Below are positions 26,410 to 38,339 of a stretch of DNA of 64,000 nt, piece after piece. This DNA is from Squalus acanthias (taxonomy: Eukaryota). The notes beneath the pieces were generated by a model. It saw only the letters and a list, made by a program, of their open reading frames with translations, had not been told where the DNA came from and did not search any database. Both the position numbers and the translations under genes were made by a program. The stretch lies in NCBI GenBank assembly GCA_030390025.1, contig CM059431.1, forward strand, positions 126,730,001 to 126,794,000. Reading direction: 5' to 3'. Every line of letters begins with the position of its first letter. Position 1 is the stretch's first letter.

Positions 26410-27119
26410 GGGCTGGATTTTGTCTTGGGGTCGGGTTGGGGTCGTGTAAACCGCATTTCGTGTTTACCCCCCGACTCCAGATTAATGTGGATGCCTGATG
26501 CAATTTTCACTTAATTGGGCAATTGAGTTGGAGCATGTGGGAACCCATGAACTAATTAGTGTTTTCAGTCTGAAAGTCGCCTCTGATGATGTCAGACTGC
26601 CTAGTCTCAGAGACTGTTGGTGAGAGAGGACCTGCCTGGCTTTTGATGTGAGTGGACCTGGATGCAAAAAGGGGAGAGAGAGAGAGAATATTTTTTTGCC
26701 AAGTTAAAGACATTCAATGGAGCAGCATCAGAGGCGACGTTTAGACCTAATACTACTACTATCTTCATCACATCTCCGTTGTAATAGTGGACCTGCAGCC
26801 GATAGTCAGCTATCCACTTGTGCTCCCGCCAGGTTTCACTGGAGTGTTTCACACCAGGCGTGCTTCACGTCAGAAGAGGGTTAAACTAGCTACAGCGTTT
26901 CAAAATGGCATTACAGAGCCAATTTAGAGCTTGTTAAGGGCTTTAATGGCCTCTCCCACCTCTTGAAGGCGGGACGGAGTCGGGAACCCCGCGACTGATT
27001 ATGTCAAAATTGCGTGGAGGCGGGATGGAGTCGGGATGGGGTCGGAAACCCCGACCCCGCAAATTTAACCCCCCACACGCCTCCAAATCCGACTCCATGG
27101 GTCATTCAAAATCCAGCCC
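26410..27119. mobile_element. Harbinger-type MITE inserted in the CR1 tail
   Basis: Perfect TIR GGGCTGGATTTTG / CAAAATCCAGCCC; flanks AGA/ATA. Confidence 0.85.
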
Positions 27120-28651
27120 ATAGAGTTATACAGCACAGAAAGAGGCCCTTCGGCCCATCGTGTCAGCGCCGGCCATCAAGCCCTGTCTATTCTAATCCCA
27201 TTTTCCAGCACTTGGTCCGTAGCCTTGTATGCTATGGCATTTCAAGTGCTCATCTAAATGCTTCTTGAATGTTGTGAGGGTTCCTGCCTCTACCACCCTT
27301 TCAGGCAGTGAGTTCCAGATTGCAACCACCCTCTGGGTGAAAAAGTTTTTCCTCAAATCCCCTCTAAACCTCCTGCCCCTTACATTGAAACTATGCTCCC
27401 TTGTTATTGACCCCTCTACTAAGGGGAAAAGTTCCTTTCTATCTATGCCCCTCATAATTTTGTACACCTGAATCAGGTCTCCCTCAGCCTTCTCTGCTCT
27501 AACGAAAACAACCCCAGCCTATCCAGTCTCTCTTCATAGCTGAAGCGCTCCAGTCCAGGTAACATCCTGGTGAATCTCCTCTGCACCCTCTCCAATGCAA
27601 TCACATCCCTCTTATAGTGTGGCGACCAGAACTGCACACAGTATTCCAGCTGTGGCCTAACTAGCGTTTTGTACAGCTCCATCATAACCTCCCTGCTCTT
27701 ATATTCTATGCCTCGGCTAATGAAGGCAAGTATCCCATATGCCTTTTTAACCACCTATCTACCTGTCCTGCTGCCTTCAGGGATCTATGTACATGCACAC
27801 CAAGGTCCCTCTGATCCTTTGTCCTTCCTAGGGTCCTACCATTCACTGTGTATTCCCTTGCCTTGTTAGTCCTCCCAAAATGCATCACCTCACACTTTTC
27901 AGGGTTAAATTCCATTTGCCACTGTTCTGCCCATCTAACCATCCCATCTATATCATCCTGTAGCCTGAGGCTTCCCTCCTCACTATTTACCACTCCACCA
28001 ATTTTTGTGTCATCTGCGAACTTACTGATCATACCTCTTACATTCATATCGAAATCATTAATGTACACTACAAACAACAAAGGACCCAGCACCGATCCCT
28101 GCGGTACACCACTGGACACAGGCTTCCAGTCACAAAAACAACCTTCGACCATCACCCTCTGCCTCCTGCCACTAAGCCAATTTTGGATCCAATGTGCCAA
28201 ATTGCCCTGGATCCCATGGGCTCTTACCTTCTTGACCAGTCTCCCATGCGGGACTTTGTCAAAAGCCTTACTGAAGTCCATGTAGACTACATTAACTGCA
28301 CGACCCTCATCCACACAGCTAGTCACCCCCTCGAAAAATTCAATCAAATTGGTCAGACATGATCTCCCCCTGACAAAGCCATGCTGACTATCCCTGGTTA
28401 ATCCCTGCCTCTCCAAGTGGAGACTAATTCTGTCCATCAGAATTTTTTCCAATAATTTCCCTACCACTGATGTTAGGCTCACTGGCCTGTAATTCCCTGG
28501 TTTATCCCTACTACCCTTCTTGAATAATGATACTACGTTAGCTGTTCTCCAGTCCTCTGGCACTTCCCCTGTGGCCAGAGAGGTTCTGAAAATTTGTGTC
28601 AGAGCCCCTGCAATCTCCACCCTTGCCTCACACAGCAGCCTGGGATACATC

Positions 28652-31600
28652 TAATTAGTGGGGGGGAGGTTTCAAGAGAGCAAAAAATAAAAATGACAAC
28701 AGAGAGGGTCATAGACATAGGTAGCAGTAGGGGAATCACAAATCAGAGCGTGGCAGGAAGGGACAGAGTGTGTGGAGTAAAAGGTAAACTGGTAAAAAGT
28801 GAAAAAGCAGGAACTAAGTGCCACAAAGCATATTTGAAAGTTCTCTATCTAAATGCACGTAGCATTCGTAACAAAATAGACGAGTTAATGGCACAAATAA
28901 CTACATATGGTTATGATATTGTGGCCATTACAGAAACATGGCTGCAGGGTGACAATGCCTGGGAATTAAACATACCAGGTTATTTAACGATCAGGAAGGA
29001 CAGGCAGGAAGGAAGGGGAGGTGGGGTGGCTATGTTAATAAAGGAAGGAATCACTGTAATACAGAGTAATGATATTGGGTCAAAAAATCATGATAATGAA
29101 ACAGTTTGGGTGGAGATAAGGAATAATAAGGGGAAAAAAACATTAGTGGGCGTAGTCTATAGGCCTCCGAACAGTTGCAACTCTATTGGATGGAGTATCA
29201 ATCAGGAAATAGTTGAGGCATGTAATAAGGGAACATCTATAATTATGGGGGATTTTAACTATCATATTAATTGGACAAATCAAATGGGGCAGGGCTGCCT
29301 TGAGGATGAGTTCATTGAGTGTATTAGGGATGGGTTTCTTGAGCAGTATGTAACTGAACCGACCAGGGGGCAAGCAACCTTAGATCTGGTCCTGTGTAAC
29401 GAGACAGGATTAATTAAAAATGTCCTAGTAAAGGATCCCCTTGGAATGAGTGACCATAACATGGTTGAATTCCATATTCAATTAGAGGGTGAGAAGGTTG
29501 GATCTCAAACAAGCGTGCTAAGCTTGAATAAAGGAGACTATGAAGGTATGCGAGCGGAATTGAGTAGAGTGGATTGGGAAAATAGATTAAAGGGTAAGAC
29601 GACACATGATCAGTGGTGTACATTCAAGGAGTTATTTTACAACTTCCAAAAAAAATATATTCCACTGAAAAGAAAAGGGTGTAAAAGAAAGGACAGTCAT
29701 CCGTGGCTAAGTAAAGAAATTAAGGATAGTATTCGACTAAAAACAAGGGCATATAAGGTAGCGAAATCTAGTGGGAGGACAGAGGATTGGGAAAACTTTA
29801 AAAGGCAGCAAAAAATAACAAAAAGATTGATTAAGAAAGGGAAGATAGATTATGAAAGTAAATTAGCAAAAAATATAAAAACAGATAGTAAGAGTTTTTA
29901 TAGTTATATAAAAAGAAAAAGGGTGGCTAAAGTAAATGTTGGTCCCTTAGAGGATGAGACCGGGAAATTAATGGTGGGAAATATGGAGATGGCAAAAACA
30001 CTGAATGAATATTTTGTATCAGTCTTTACAGTAGAGGACACTAAGAATATCCCAACACTGGACAAACAGGGGGCTCTAGGGGGAGAGGAGCTAAACACGA
30101 TCAAAATCACTAAGGAAGTGGTACTCGGTAAAATAATGGGACTCAAGGCGGATAAATCACCTGGACCTGATGGCTTACATCCTAGAGTCTTGAAGGAAGT
30201 GGCGGTAGGGATTGTAGATGCATTGGTAATAATTTTTCAAAACTCCCTGGATTCCGCTAAGGTCCCGGCAGACTGGAAAACTGCTAATGTAACACCCTTA
30301 TTTAAAAAGGGCAGTAGACAGAAGGCTGGTAACTATAGACCGGTTAGCCTAACATCTGTGGTAGGTAAAATTTTGGAGTCCATTATTAAGGAAACAGTAA
30401 CAGGACATTTGGATAATCATAATTTAATAGGACAAAGTCAGCATGGTTTTACGAAGGGGAAGTCATGTTTGACAAATTTGCTGGAGTTCTTTGAGGAAGT
30501 AACATATAGAGTGGATAAAGGGGAACCAGTGGACGTAGTGTATTTAGACTTCCAAAAGGCATTTGACAAGGTGCCACACAAAAGATTATTGCTTAAGGTA
30601 AAAAATCACGGGATTGGGGGTAATATTCTGGCATGGATAGAGGATTGGCTATCTAACAGAAAGCAAAGAGTTGGGATAAATGGTTCATTCTCAGACTGGC
30701 AATCAGTAACTAGTGGTGTTCCACAGGGGTCAGTGCTGGGTCCCCAACTCTTCACAATCCATATTAACAATTTGGAGGAAGGGACCAAGTGTAACATATC
30801 AAAATTTGCAGATGATACAAAGATGGGAGGGAAAGTAGTGAATGAGGAGGACATAAAAAACCTGCAAGGGGACATAGACAGGCTAAGTAAGTGGGCAGAG
30901 ATTTGGCAGATGGAATACAACACTGGAAAGTGTGAGGTGATGCACTTTGACAGGAAAAATCCTAGAGCAATTTATTATCTTAATGGCAAGAAACTGGAGA
31001 GTACTGAAGTGCAAAGGGATCTGGGGGTCCTGGTGCACGAAACTCAAAAGGTTAGTATGCAGGTGCAGCAAGTGATTAAGAAGGCAAATGGAATGTTGGC
31101 TTTCATTGCTAGGGGGATAGAATATAAAAATAGGGAGGTATTGCTTCAGTTGTACAAGGTATTGGTGAGACCGCACCTGGAATACTGCATACAGTTTTGG
31201 TGTCCTTACTTAAGGAAAGACATCCTTGCTCTCGAGGCAGTGCAAAAAAGGTTCATTCGGTTAATCCCGGGGATGAGGGGGTGGTCATATGAGGAGAGGT
31301 TGGGTAGATTGGGACTCTACTCATTGGAGTTCAGAAGAATGAGAGGCGATCTTATTGAAACATATAAGATTGTGAAGGGGTTGGATCGGGTGGATGCGGG
31401 GAGGATGTTCCCAATGACGGGTGAGACGAGAACTAGGGGACATAGTCTTAGAATAAGGGGCTGCTCTTTCAAAACTGAGATGAGGAGGAACTACTTCACT
31501 CAGAGGGTGGTAGGTCCATGGAATATGCTGCCACAAAAAGCTGTAGAAGCTACAACATTAATTAAATTTAAAACAGAAATAGACAGTTTCCTAGAAGTAA

Positions 31601-31881
31601 AGGGCATTAAGGGTTACGGGGAGCGGGCAGGAATTTGGACATGAGTCTAGGTTCGGATCGGTCATGGCCCTGTGGGTAGTGGAGCGGGCCCAGGGACTGT
31701 GTAGCCTGATTCTGCTCCTATTTCGTGTGTGCAATTCTGTTAGATGCAGGAGATGGTTCTGTGATAGATAGTAGATTGGCGGTTAGGATCAGATCAGCCA
31801 TGATCTTATTGAATGGCGGAGCAGGCTCGAGGGGCCGATTGGCCTACTCCTGCTCCTATTTCTTATGTTCTTATGTTCTTA
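28652..31881 (+). mobile_element. Young CR1 LINE, 5'-truncated just upstream of ORF2
   Basis: Interrupts an antisense CR1 at GATACATC|CCATCAGG; (TTCTTATG)n tail. Confidence 0.95.
28693..31644 (+). CDS. CR1 ORF2, uninterrupted APE endonuclease plus reverse transcriptase (983 aa from ATG 28693)
   Basis: YLNARSIRNK, ITETW, VYRPP, GDFN, SDH; LDFQKAFDKV, GVPQGSVLGP, FADD; no stops. Confidence 0.93.
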   Translation: MTTERVIDIGSSRGITNQSVAGRDRVCGVKGKLVKSEKAGTKCHKAYLKVLYLNARSIRNKIDELMAQITTYGYDIVAITETWLQGDNAWELNIPGYLTIRKDRQEGRGGGVAMLIKEGITVIQSNDIGSKNHDNETVWVEIRNNKGKKTLVGVVYRPPNSCNSIGWSINQEIVEACNKGTSIIMGDFNYHINWTNQMGQGCLEDEFIECIRDGFLEQYVTEPTRGQATLDLVLCNETGLIKNVLVKDPLGMSDHNMVEFHIQLEGEKVGSQTSVLSLNKGDYEGMRAELSRVDWENRLKGKTTHDQWCTFKELFYNFQKKYIPLKRKGCKRKDSHPWLSKEIKDSIRLKTRAYKVAKSSGRTEDWENFKRQQKITKRLIKKGKIDYESKLAKNIKTDSKSFYSYIKRKRVAKVNVGPLEDETGKLMVGNMEMAKTLNEYFVSVFTVEDTKNIPTLDKQGALGGEELNTIKITKEVVLGKIMGLKADKSPGPDGLHPRVLKEVAVGIVDALVIIFQNSLDSAKVPADWKTANVTPLFKKGSRQKAGNYRPVSLTSVVGKILESIIKETVTGHLDNHNLIGQSQHGFTKGKSCLTNLLEFFEEVTYRVDKGEPVDVVYLDFQKAFDKVPHKRLLLKVKNHGIGGNILAWIEDWLSNRKQRVGINGSFSDWQSVTSGVPQGSVLGPQLFTIHINNLEEGTKCNISKFADDTKMGGKVVNEEDIKNLQGDIDRLSKWAEIWQMEYNTGKCEVMHFDRKNPRAIYYLNGKKLESTEVQRDLGVLVHETQKVSMQVQQVIKKANGMLAFIARGIEYKNREVLLQLYKVLVRPHLEYCIQFWCPYLRKDILALEAVQKRFIRLIPGMRGWSYEERLGRLGLYSLEFRRMRGDLIETYKIVKGLDRVDAGRMFPMTGETRTRGHSLRIRGCSFKTEMRRNYFTQRVVGPWNMLPQKAVEATTLIKFKTEIDSFLEVKGIKGYGERAGIWT

Positions 31882-32481
31882 TCCCATCAGGGCCTGGGGA
31901 TTTATCCACTTTTGAGCCCGCTAAAACCGCTAGTACCACCTCCCTCTCAATACTAATTTGTTCAAGTATATCACAATCCCCCTGCCTGATTTCCATGCCT
32001 ACATCGCCCTTCGCCATAGTGAACACAGATGCAAAATATTCATTTAAAACCTCACCTACATCTTCCGGCTCTACACACAGATTGCCACTTTGGTCCCTAA
32101 TGGGCCCTACTCTTTCCCTGGTTATCCTCTTGCCCTTAGATAGAAGGAGATCTCAGGTTGTTTTCTTCCCTCAAGCACCATTTGAGGGAAGTAATTAATT
32201 TAATTTAAATTAATGGAAGGAAAAATCGGGTGGGTTCCGATTCAAGTATCTGCTTCAACCCACCTGATTTGACAATATTTGCTGTTGCCAGGTGATCTAA
32301 TGTGCCTGGGTGCAGACCCAGGGAAATTTCCTCTAATATGTGTTATTGGCCTTTTCTCATCCTTGTTGTTCCCTATCTTCTTATAGTACAAGAAAACCAT
32401 CAAGAACATTCAAAATGCATTTAATTCTGTAATGGGAAAACTTTGATTAGTCAAATGGCTTTTCCTTATTCTTGACTCTTT

Positions 32482-33889
32482 GGGGGGAATTTTTCGGGGG
32501 GTCAGCGGGCACATTTGGTGGCGGGTAGGGTGGGAATTTTTTTTTTGACTGCGGGTCGGGACCCCATTGTTAACCCACTGCCATGCGTCTTCCCAGATGT
32601 CGGGTCTGTCAGCCCTGAACAGACCCAACACGCAGCAGCTGGAGGGGCAATTCAGATCATTATGACATTGTTAACAGCCCATTAAGAAGCATTTTGAGCT
32701 CACCTTTACATTTTACGAGGTCGCCAGGCACATCAGCAACAACAACAACAACACCAACCTTCTCCACAATCACCTGATGCTGCACAGGGCACAGGGCATC
32801 AGCACCCAACCATATTGCTGCCCGGGACGCCAGGGATGGCCCCACCATGGCCAGATATATTTCACTTACCGCTGTACACCCTGGCTGCCACATGATACGC
32901 CAGTTGGCACCACCCCACACCAACACCATAAAGCATCTCTACATTGCCAAAGCCATTCCTTTCACACTCATCACCATTGCAGGGGATACCGTTATGTCTC
33001 ACCATTCACTGCAACTCACTAAGCCACTTCCAAAAGTGAACACAGATCTGTCCAAGAACGTAAAGAGTTGACAATAAAGGTTTCAATGTTTTACAGCACA
33101 TTAACAGAAACTTTACATCAACATTGGCTAAAACACCCAAGTGCCTCCCCTTGTGTCTTGTTAGTTGGTATGATTGGACGAGGATGAGGGTGAGTGTGAC
33201 GGGTGGCTAGTGAGATGGGGAAGTGATAATGTAGATAGAGAGGGATGGGCGGAGGTGCAAGGTAAGTTGTTGTGAGTAAGGATGTGCAGGAGTAGGGTAG
33301 GGAAGGCAGAGTGATGGGGATGTGATGAGAGGTACAGCAGGATGAGGTTGAGTGTGGCTTTGTACTAACGTTTCGTGATCTACTGAGATCATTGAAAGGT
33401 TTGCGCCACTGCAGCCTGGTCCTCCTGACAATATCCCTGTTTGTGTCCTCCTGTGCAATGTGCAACCAGGCTACGCTGGTGTCGTGGGGAGGTCTCTTCC
33501 GCCCATGGGAAGGGAAGAGAACCTCCCTGCGTGCTGTGACTCCCTCCATAAGCATATGGAGGGAGTCATGGGAGAGCCTGGGTTTAGCCGTGCACCTCTG
33601 TGCAGTGCTTGTCAGTGTTTGCAGCACCTCAGTGCTGTAGAATACTGACAGCACAACTGTCAAAATAAATTTGCGCATGGTCCCTTTAAGGAAACCGGCT
33701 GACGACGCGTCATCAAATGACCTCATCAGACCCGCTTCCTTCAATTGGCCGGTAAACGAGCTGGGCAGGCTTAACAAGCCCAATCAAACGAAAATCATTT
33801 TGCACAGTGGGATGAATCCGGCAGCGAGGCCAGGACCCGCCATTGACATCTCCCGCCATGGACCCGCCAAGGTAGAGGAAATCGCGGTC
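32482..33889. mobile_element. Non-autonomous Harbinger with an open Myb exon 1 (minus strand)
   Basis: TIR-like GGGGGGAATTTT / GAAATCGCGGTC; TSD TTT/TTT; sister of 10859-12625. Confidence 0.88.
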
Positions 33890-34594
33890 TTTGTGTTCAT
33901 ATATCAAAGATGACAGTATATCAAAATGTGTTATAGTGAGGAGATAGTGCAAGAAAAATACTCTCTGGATTCAGAGAACAAAGGGAAAATGCACAAAAAC
34001 TGTATTTGGAAACATTAAAAAAAGACTTTGATAAGAAAAGACAAATTTGGATTGTTAACAATTAGAGTACATGGGAACGGTATTGACACATTTTGAAAGG
34101 GTGTTATGAGTTAGTGATTTTTCACATGTTTCCCTTTTCTCCCCTCCTCTCAGCAAAAACAAATTGAACCTGGGACTTTCTATTTCCATGTCTTGGAGCT
34201 ACATCTGTGCAATGTCAGTCATTGATAGAATTTATTATAGGCCCATAAAGTAATAATTTGAACAACTGCACCAATTTTATGAGGCTCTGCCACCAGCATG
34301 TACTTGGAAAATTAGTCTCATCTAGTGTTCTCCTACTACTACAGGACCTATGTTTACAGGCACTCCACTTCTACCTGGGCATTTTCATCAGCTCTCTTTC
34401 AATGACTGTGCAGTAACTGAGCTTTGCTAGCCCCTACAGCCCGATTTACAAGTTTCCTCAACGATCAGGACACTTTTTCCTGTTGCTGTCATGGTTACCA
34501 TTGCATTAATCTTCTATACCACAGGATTCTTCCAGGTCACCAAAGGAGATATCTGCCAGACGAGCTAGTTTGCAGTTAATTCCTGCATATGTCA

Positions 34595-37500
34595 ATCATA
34601 GAATCATAGAAAATTAGAAGGAGGCCATTTGGCCCATAGTGTCTGTGCCGGCTGAAAAAGAGCTATCCAGATTAACCCCACTTTCCAGCTCTTAGTACGT
34701 AGTCTTGTAGGTTACAGCACTTCAAATGCATATTAAAGTACATTTTAAATGCGATGAGGGTCTCTGCCTCTACCACCCTTTCAGGCTGTGAGTTCCAGAC
34801 ACCCACCACCCTCTGGGTCAAAACAATTCCCCTCAACTCCCCTCTAATCCTTCTACCAATTACTTTAAATCTATGCCCCCTGGTTATTGACCTCTCTTAA
34901 GGGAAATAGGTCCTTCCTATCCACTCTATCTAGGCCCCTCATAATTTTATACACCTCAATCAAATCTCCCCTCAGCCTCCTCTGTTCCAAAGAAAATAAC
35001 CCCAGCCTATCCAATCTTTTCTCATAGCTAAAATTCTCCATTCCTGGCAACTTCCTCATAAATCTCCTCTGTACCCTCTCTAGTGCAATCACATCTTTCC
35101 TGTAATGTGGTGGCCAGAACGGTACGCAGTACTCTAGCTACAGCCTATCTAGTGTTTCATACATTTCCAGAATAACCTCCCTGCTCTTATATTCTAGGCC
35201 TCAGCTAATAAAAGAAAGTATCCCATATGCCTTCTTAACCACCTTATCTGCATGTCCTGCTACCTTCAGGGATCTGTGGACATGCACTCCAAGGTCCCTC
35301 TATTTCTCTACACTTCTCAGTATCCTACCATTTATTGTGTATTCCCTTGTCTTGTTAGCCCTCCCCAAATGTATTACCTCACACTTCTCCGGATTGAATT
35401 CCATTTGCCACTTTTCTGACCACCTGACCAATTCATTGATATCTTCCTGCAGTCTTCAGCATTCTTCCCCACTATCAACTATATGGCCAACTTTTGTATC
35501 ATCTGCAAACTTCTTAATCATGCCCCCTACATTGAAGTCTAAATCATTGATATATACCACAAAAAGCAAGGAACCTAGTACTGAGCCCTGCAGAACCCCA
35601 CTGGAAACAGCCTTCCAGTCACAAAAACACCCATCAACCATTAGCCTTTGCTTCTTGACATTGAGCCAATTTTGGATCCAACTTGTTACTTTCCCTTGGA
35701 TCCCATGGGCTTTTACTGTTCTGACCAGTCTGCCCTGTGGGACCTTGTCAAAAACCATGCTAAAATCCATGTAGACCAAATCAAATGCACTACCCTCATC
35801 GACCCTCCTTGTTGCCTTCTCATAAAATTCAATTAAGTTAGTCAGACATGACCTCCCCTTAAAAAATCCATGCTGACTGTCCTTGATTAATCTGTGCCTT
35901 GCTAAATGACGATTAATACTGTCCCTCTGAACTTTTTCCAATAATTACCCCACCACCGAGGATAGGCTGACTGGTCTGTAATTACTCGGTCTATCCCTTT
36001 CTCCCTTTTTAAACAATGGTACAACATTAGCAGTCCTTCAGTCATCGGAACCACGCCTGTATCCAGAGAGGATTGGAAAATGATGGTCAGAGCCTCTGCT
36101 ATTTCCTCCCTTGCTTCTCTTAATAACCTGAGATACATTTCTTCCGGGCCTGGTGATTTATTGACTTTCAAAGAAGCTAAACCCATTAATACTTCTTCTC
36201 TCACAATGTTTATCCCATCTAACATTTCACACTCCTCCTCCTTAACTACAATGTCTGCATCATCCCTCTCTATTGTGAAGACAGACACAAAGGCCACGAT
36301 TTTGCCGGTGCTCAGAGGGCGAGTTTGGAGGCGGGTCAGAGATTAAAGTCCTTTTGATTGACGATGGGTTCCGAACCTGCAGTCAACCCGCCTCCACACA
36401 ACCTTCCCAAGTGTCGAGTCCCCGATTTGCGAATGGACCCGACACCTAGTGGCGGGAAACGGATTAAAGACAATGAACTGCCTATTAACAGGTACTTGTC
36501 AGTAGTTTTCAGGCTGTTTTTTGATTTTCCCGCTTCTGGGTCCGGTTTCACAACGTCCGGACGCCAGGTAAGTGTGGCGTGTTGTGAGTCTGGTCTGATG
36601 TTTGTGAAAAGATGACAGCTGCAGAAGTGGTGTGAAGGATGCAATGTTGCACATGGTGAGTTTCAGAGCAAAGAAAATGTTGGTTACTGCATTTTTAAAA
36701 CACATACAGATTTCTTTAGCTTACAAGTTTTTAAATCCAACTGTACGTCCAGTGCCACCACATTGGGACAATCTCTATCACCAGTGACAGATCGCTTCTG
36801 TCATCTCACCTGCAGCTGCCATCTATTATAGCATATGGAGGGAGTCATTGGAGAGCCCGGGTGCAAGAGTTCACCTTTCTGCAGTGATAGTCAGTGTTTT
36901 CAGCACCTCAATGCTGTCAAACACTGAAAAATCAACTGTCAAAATAAAATTGTGCATGGTCCCTTTAAGGGAACCGGCAGATGACGCGTCATCAAATGAC
37001 ATCATCAGACCCGCTTCCTGTTAATTGGCCATTAAGCTCGCAGGGCCAATCAAGGGAAACTCACGTCTGTGGAGCGGAGGCAGCTGGGGGCGGGACTGGA
37101 ACACGGAAACCAGCTGACCCGCACCCATCCCGACACCGAACAGATAATCGCGGCCAAATTATTCATTAAGAACCATATTCACTTCTTCCGCCTCCACACT
37201 CAGGTTACCTTTTTGCTCTCTAATAGGCCCTATTCTTTCTTAAGTTATCCTCTTGCTCTTTATGTATTTATAAAACTTCTTTGGATTTTCCTTGATTTTA
37301 CTTGTCAATATTTATTCATGCCTCTCTTTGCTTTCCTAATTTCCTTTTAAATTTCGCCCCTGTGCTTTCTATACTCCTCTAGGCTTTCTGCAGTATCAAG
37401 CTTTGGTATCTGACATAAGCTTCCCTTTTTTGCCTTATGCTACCCTGTGTGCTCCTTAATATCCAAGGGGCAATAGATTTGGGAGTCCCACTCTTTTCTT

Positions 37501-37885
37501 TGTGGGAACATACTTGCTCTGAACCCTCACTATCTCCTCCTTGAATGCCTCCCACTGCTCTGACACTGATTTACCTTCAAGTAGCTGTTTCCAGTCCACT
37601 TTTCCTAAATCACATCCCAGCTTAGTAAAATTGACCTTTCCCCAATTGAGAACTTTTACTTGTGGTCCATCTTTGGCTGTTTCCATAACTACGTTAAATC
37701 TAACTGAATTTTGATCACTACCACCAAAATGCTCTCCCACTGATACCCCTCCACTTGCCCAGCTTTCTTCCCTAAAACAAAGTCCAGAACTGCCCCTTCT
37801 CTTGTTGGGCTTGCTACATACTGGCTAAAAAAAGTTATCCTGAATGCATTTTAAGAATTTAAGAATTCTGCACCTTCTATACATT
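34595..37885 (-). mobile_element. Degenerate CR1 LINE interrupted by the MITE at 36292-37155
   Basis: (ATTCTATG)n tail; SQHGF, KFADD, KSPGP motifs; EN C-terminus near 37700. Confidence 0.9.
36292..37155. mobile_element. Harbinger MITE (both genes essentially deleted)
   Basis: TIR GGCCACGATT / AATCGCGGCC; TSD AAA/AAA; homologous to 48903-49779. Confidence 0.88.
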
Positions 37886-38339
37886 ATATGTGTCAGGCTG
37901 TGGCGCAGTGGGCAGCACTCTCTAGGTAAGAGGGGCTAGGAGTGAGCAGGTGCTGCTGGATGCCTGATTGCTGTAGGGAGTTGGAATCAGTTTGTAAAAA
38001 GTTGGTGGTGTTTATTTTTTAGGTCCAAAAAACAGCAGCCAGAGGGGCCTGGAGTGCTGGGCCTCTCAGAGGACAATGTTCCCAGGATGAATTTAATCAG
38101 TGGAGAAAATGTTGGGGGAAGGGAGAATAAAAGGCTCAAAGATTTAGGCCGGGTCCCCAGGAGGTTTGGAAAAGAAAACACGGTGGTGGTTCAGTGCGAG
38201 GATAAGGAGATACGAGCTTGGGATATTATCCAGGCGGTACATGAGGACTGCGGCGAGGGAAGCTGCTTTGCCTGCCAACCAAAGCTGAATGTTGGGTTTG
38301 AGGTGACGGTCAGTGGCTGAGAGGAGGTGGAAAGACTTT

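Larger units (their letters stand above)
26396..32136 (-). mobile_element. 5'-truncated CR1 LINE hosting a MITE and a younger CR1
   Basis: ORF 27706-28650 (MDFSKAFDKV, KFADD) continues at 31882-32136; flanked by TAGATAGA at 26388-26395 and 32137-32144. Confidence 0.92.
26275..32334. mobile_element. Palindromic MITE split by CR1 insertion (arms ~26275-26387 and ~32145-32334)
   Basis: CAGCGAATATTGTAAAATCAGATGGGT (26323) is a near reverse complement of ACCCACCTGATTTGACAATATTTGCTG (~32258). Confidence 0.5.

Noticed and set aside
28594..28692. N-terminal extension making a 1016-aa ORF
   Set aside because: The first ~19 codons are antisense host CR1 read in frame by chance, from a non-ATG start.
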